NCBI GenBank assembly: GCA_963666285.1
Contig: OY762711.1
Strand: one strand, 5' to 3'
Source of the DNA: Sedimentisphaerales bacterium
GTDB lineage: Bacteria; Planctomycetota; Phycisphaerae; Sedimentisphaerales; SM23-30
DNA: 64,000 nt
Positions 62,748 to 64,000 of this stretch are shown here, piece by piece (positions within the stretch are counted from its first letter, which is position 1; each line of letters begins with the position of its first letter). The notes under the pieces were generated by a model. It was not told where the DNA came from, ran no database searches, and saw only the letters and a program-made list of their open reading frames with translations. A program made the translations under genes and the position numbers.

Positions 62748-63129
62748 CCATACAACCTAAGGAAACCAAATTTACAATAACCCACTTGAAATCCAAAGTA
62801 TATTTTTGATAAAATATATTTAATATGTCTTAGATAAAATACTAAACCTAAACCTCACGTAATACAAAACTTATATCTTATATATAATACTAAGCATAAA
62901 TATTATGTAAAATACAAAACCTGAATTTGCTTAATATGCCATGTAAAACTGAATTAATAGTTAATGTTGTTTTAAGATTGTAATTAATGTTATTTAAGCT
63001 TTTAGTTAATACTGTTTTAAAATTACAGTTAAATTATTTTTAGTTAGTAGTTAAGATTTATTTGAGTGCTGACATATTGATTCCACGGCAATATGTCACA
63101 TATAATCCCGTGGTTTGGAGAGGTCAAAG

Positions 63130-64000
63130 ATGAAAAATGTGTTTGTTTCATTGTTTGTGATGTTATTGGCAGTTTCGTCCGCACATGCCGTCATTATCGG
63201 CTCAGAATCATTTGATTATCCTGATGATGCTGTTGCCGGCAAAAATGAAGGGTACGGCTGGTCCTGGGTAAGTGCGACTCAATCTCAGGACGGTAATCCT
63301 TCTGCTTGGCAGAATCTGGCCGGAGGAACGGCAAATATTGTCGATGGTAAACTGGAGTTATACGGCGGTAGCGGCTGGAATGCTGTAAGACGTATATTTT
63401 CCAAAACTGATGAATGGGGAAACTCTTTTCAGAATGCCGGAATTGTTTATTTTGCAGCAGATGTAACAATTGATGAATGGCAAAACTGGCTTGGACTAAG
63501 TGCCCAGGACGGTGAATGGGATGAACGTATTAAATTCGGTATCCCTTATCAACCGAATGTAGCTGTTTCTTATTTTGGTATCAATAACGAAGTTACCGGA
63601 ACCCCTGTTTATTCCGATATCCCGGTTGTTGTCGGCCAGACTTACAGACTAGTCGGCGTAGTTGACTTTGAAAATAACCAGGCAAGAATGTGGGTTGATC
63701 CAGACACAGGAGACTATGATCTATCACCCGAAATTACATCTGCTGATGTTGTATTAGATCCGTTAAATATGACTAACTGGATATCAGGTGTCAGACTCGG
63801 CAATGACGTTAAAGCAACCTGGGACGACGTTGTAACGGCAACAGATTTTATTGATACCTTCATTCCAGAAGATATTATGGGCAAGGCTCACAACCCTAAT
63901 CCGGCAGTTGCTCAAGAGGATGTTGAGGTTGACAATCTTGTATTATCGTGGGACATCGCACGCGACCCATCTGATACCGCAAACGCCGCCCCGGACCTTG
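63130..64000 (+). CDS. Secreted protein, runs off the window; probable ECF target
   Basis: Own translation MKNVFVSLFVMLLAVSSAHAVIIGSESFDYP...KAHNPNPA...LSW; GGAGAGG upstream. Confidence 0.8.
   Translation, partial: MKNVFVSLFVMLLAVSSAHAVIIGSESFDYPDDAVAGKNEGYGWSWVSATQSQDGNPSAWQNLAGGTANIVDGKLELYGGSGWNAVRRIFSKTDEWGNSFQNAGIVYFAADVTIDEWQNWLGLSAQDGEWDERIKFGIPYQPNVAVSYFGINNEVTGTPVYSDIPVVVGQTYRLVGVVDFENNQARMWVDPDTGDYDLSPEITSADVVLDPLNMTNWISGVRLGNDVKATWDDVVTATDFIDTFIPEDIMGKAHNPNPAVAQEDVEVDNLVLSWDIARDPSDTANAAPDL

Overview
Bacterial chromosome segment, most likely from an anaerobic Planctomycetota (Phycisphaerae, Sedimentisphaerales-like). This is inferred from LamG and dockerin-like secreted proteins, a prepilin/H-X9-DG protein, PEP-CTERM proteins, an ECF-FecR pair and [FeFe]-hydrogenase maturases. 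Most genes are on the minus strand. Housekeeping and energy genes: tRNA-Ser(GGA), deoxynucleoside kinase, aspA, hydE, rpmA, a TrmH methyltransferase, a V/A-type ATPase operon (E-DUF2764-A-B-D-I-K, Na+ signature), TM1266-family regulator plus hydG, pyrG, kdsB and cobA/hemD. CAZymes: CE1-like esterase, GH76, pectate lyase-like, GH43, tandem CE12. The strongest novel candidates are: (1) an unannotated 39-codon Cys-rich leader ORF overlapping an intrinsic terminator upstream of TM1266-hydG, a possible cysteine-sensing attenuator; (2) an integrase-less island remnant at tRNA-Ser carrying a 5'-truncated LamG-RHS gene with a Zn-PLC/P1-nuclease-like tip and a beta-propeller lipoprotein as probable immunity; (3) an AT-rich tandem array of PEP-CTERM paralogues with variable N-halves, constant C-halves and a conserved hairpin after each gene; (4) a MITE-bracketed ArnT/phosphatase envelope-modification cluster with a PmrA-like box next to a divergent two-component system. 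All product calls come from motif recognition by eye; no database searches were run.
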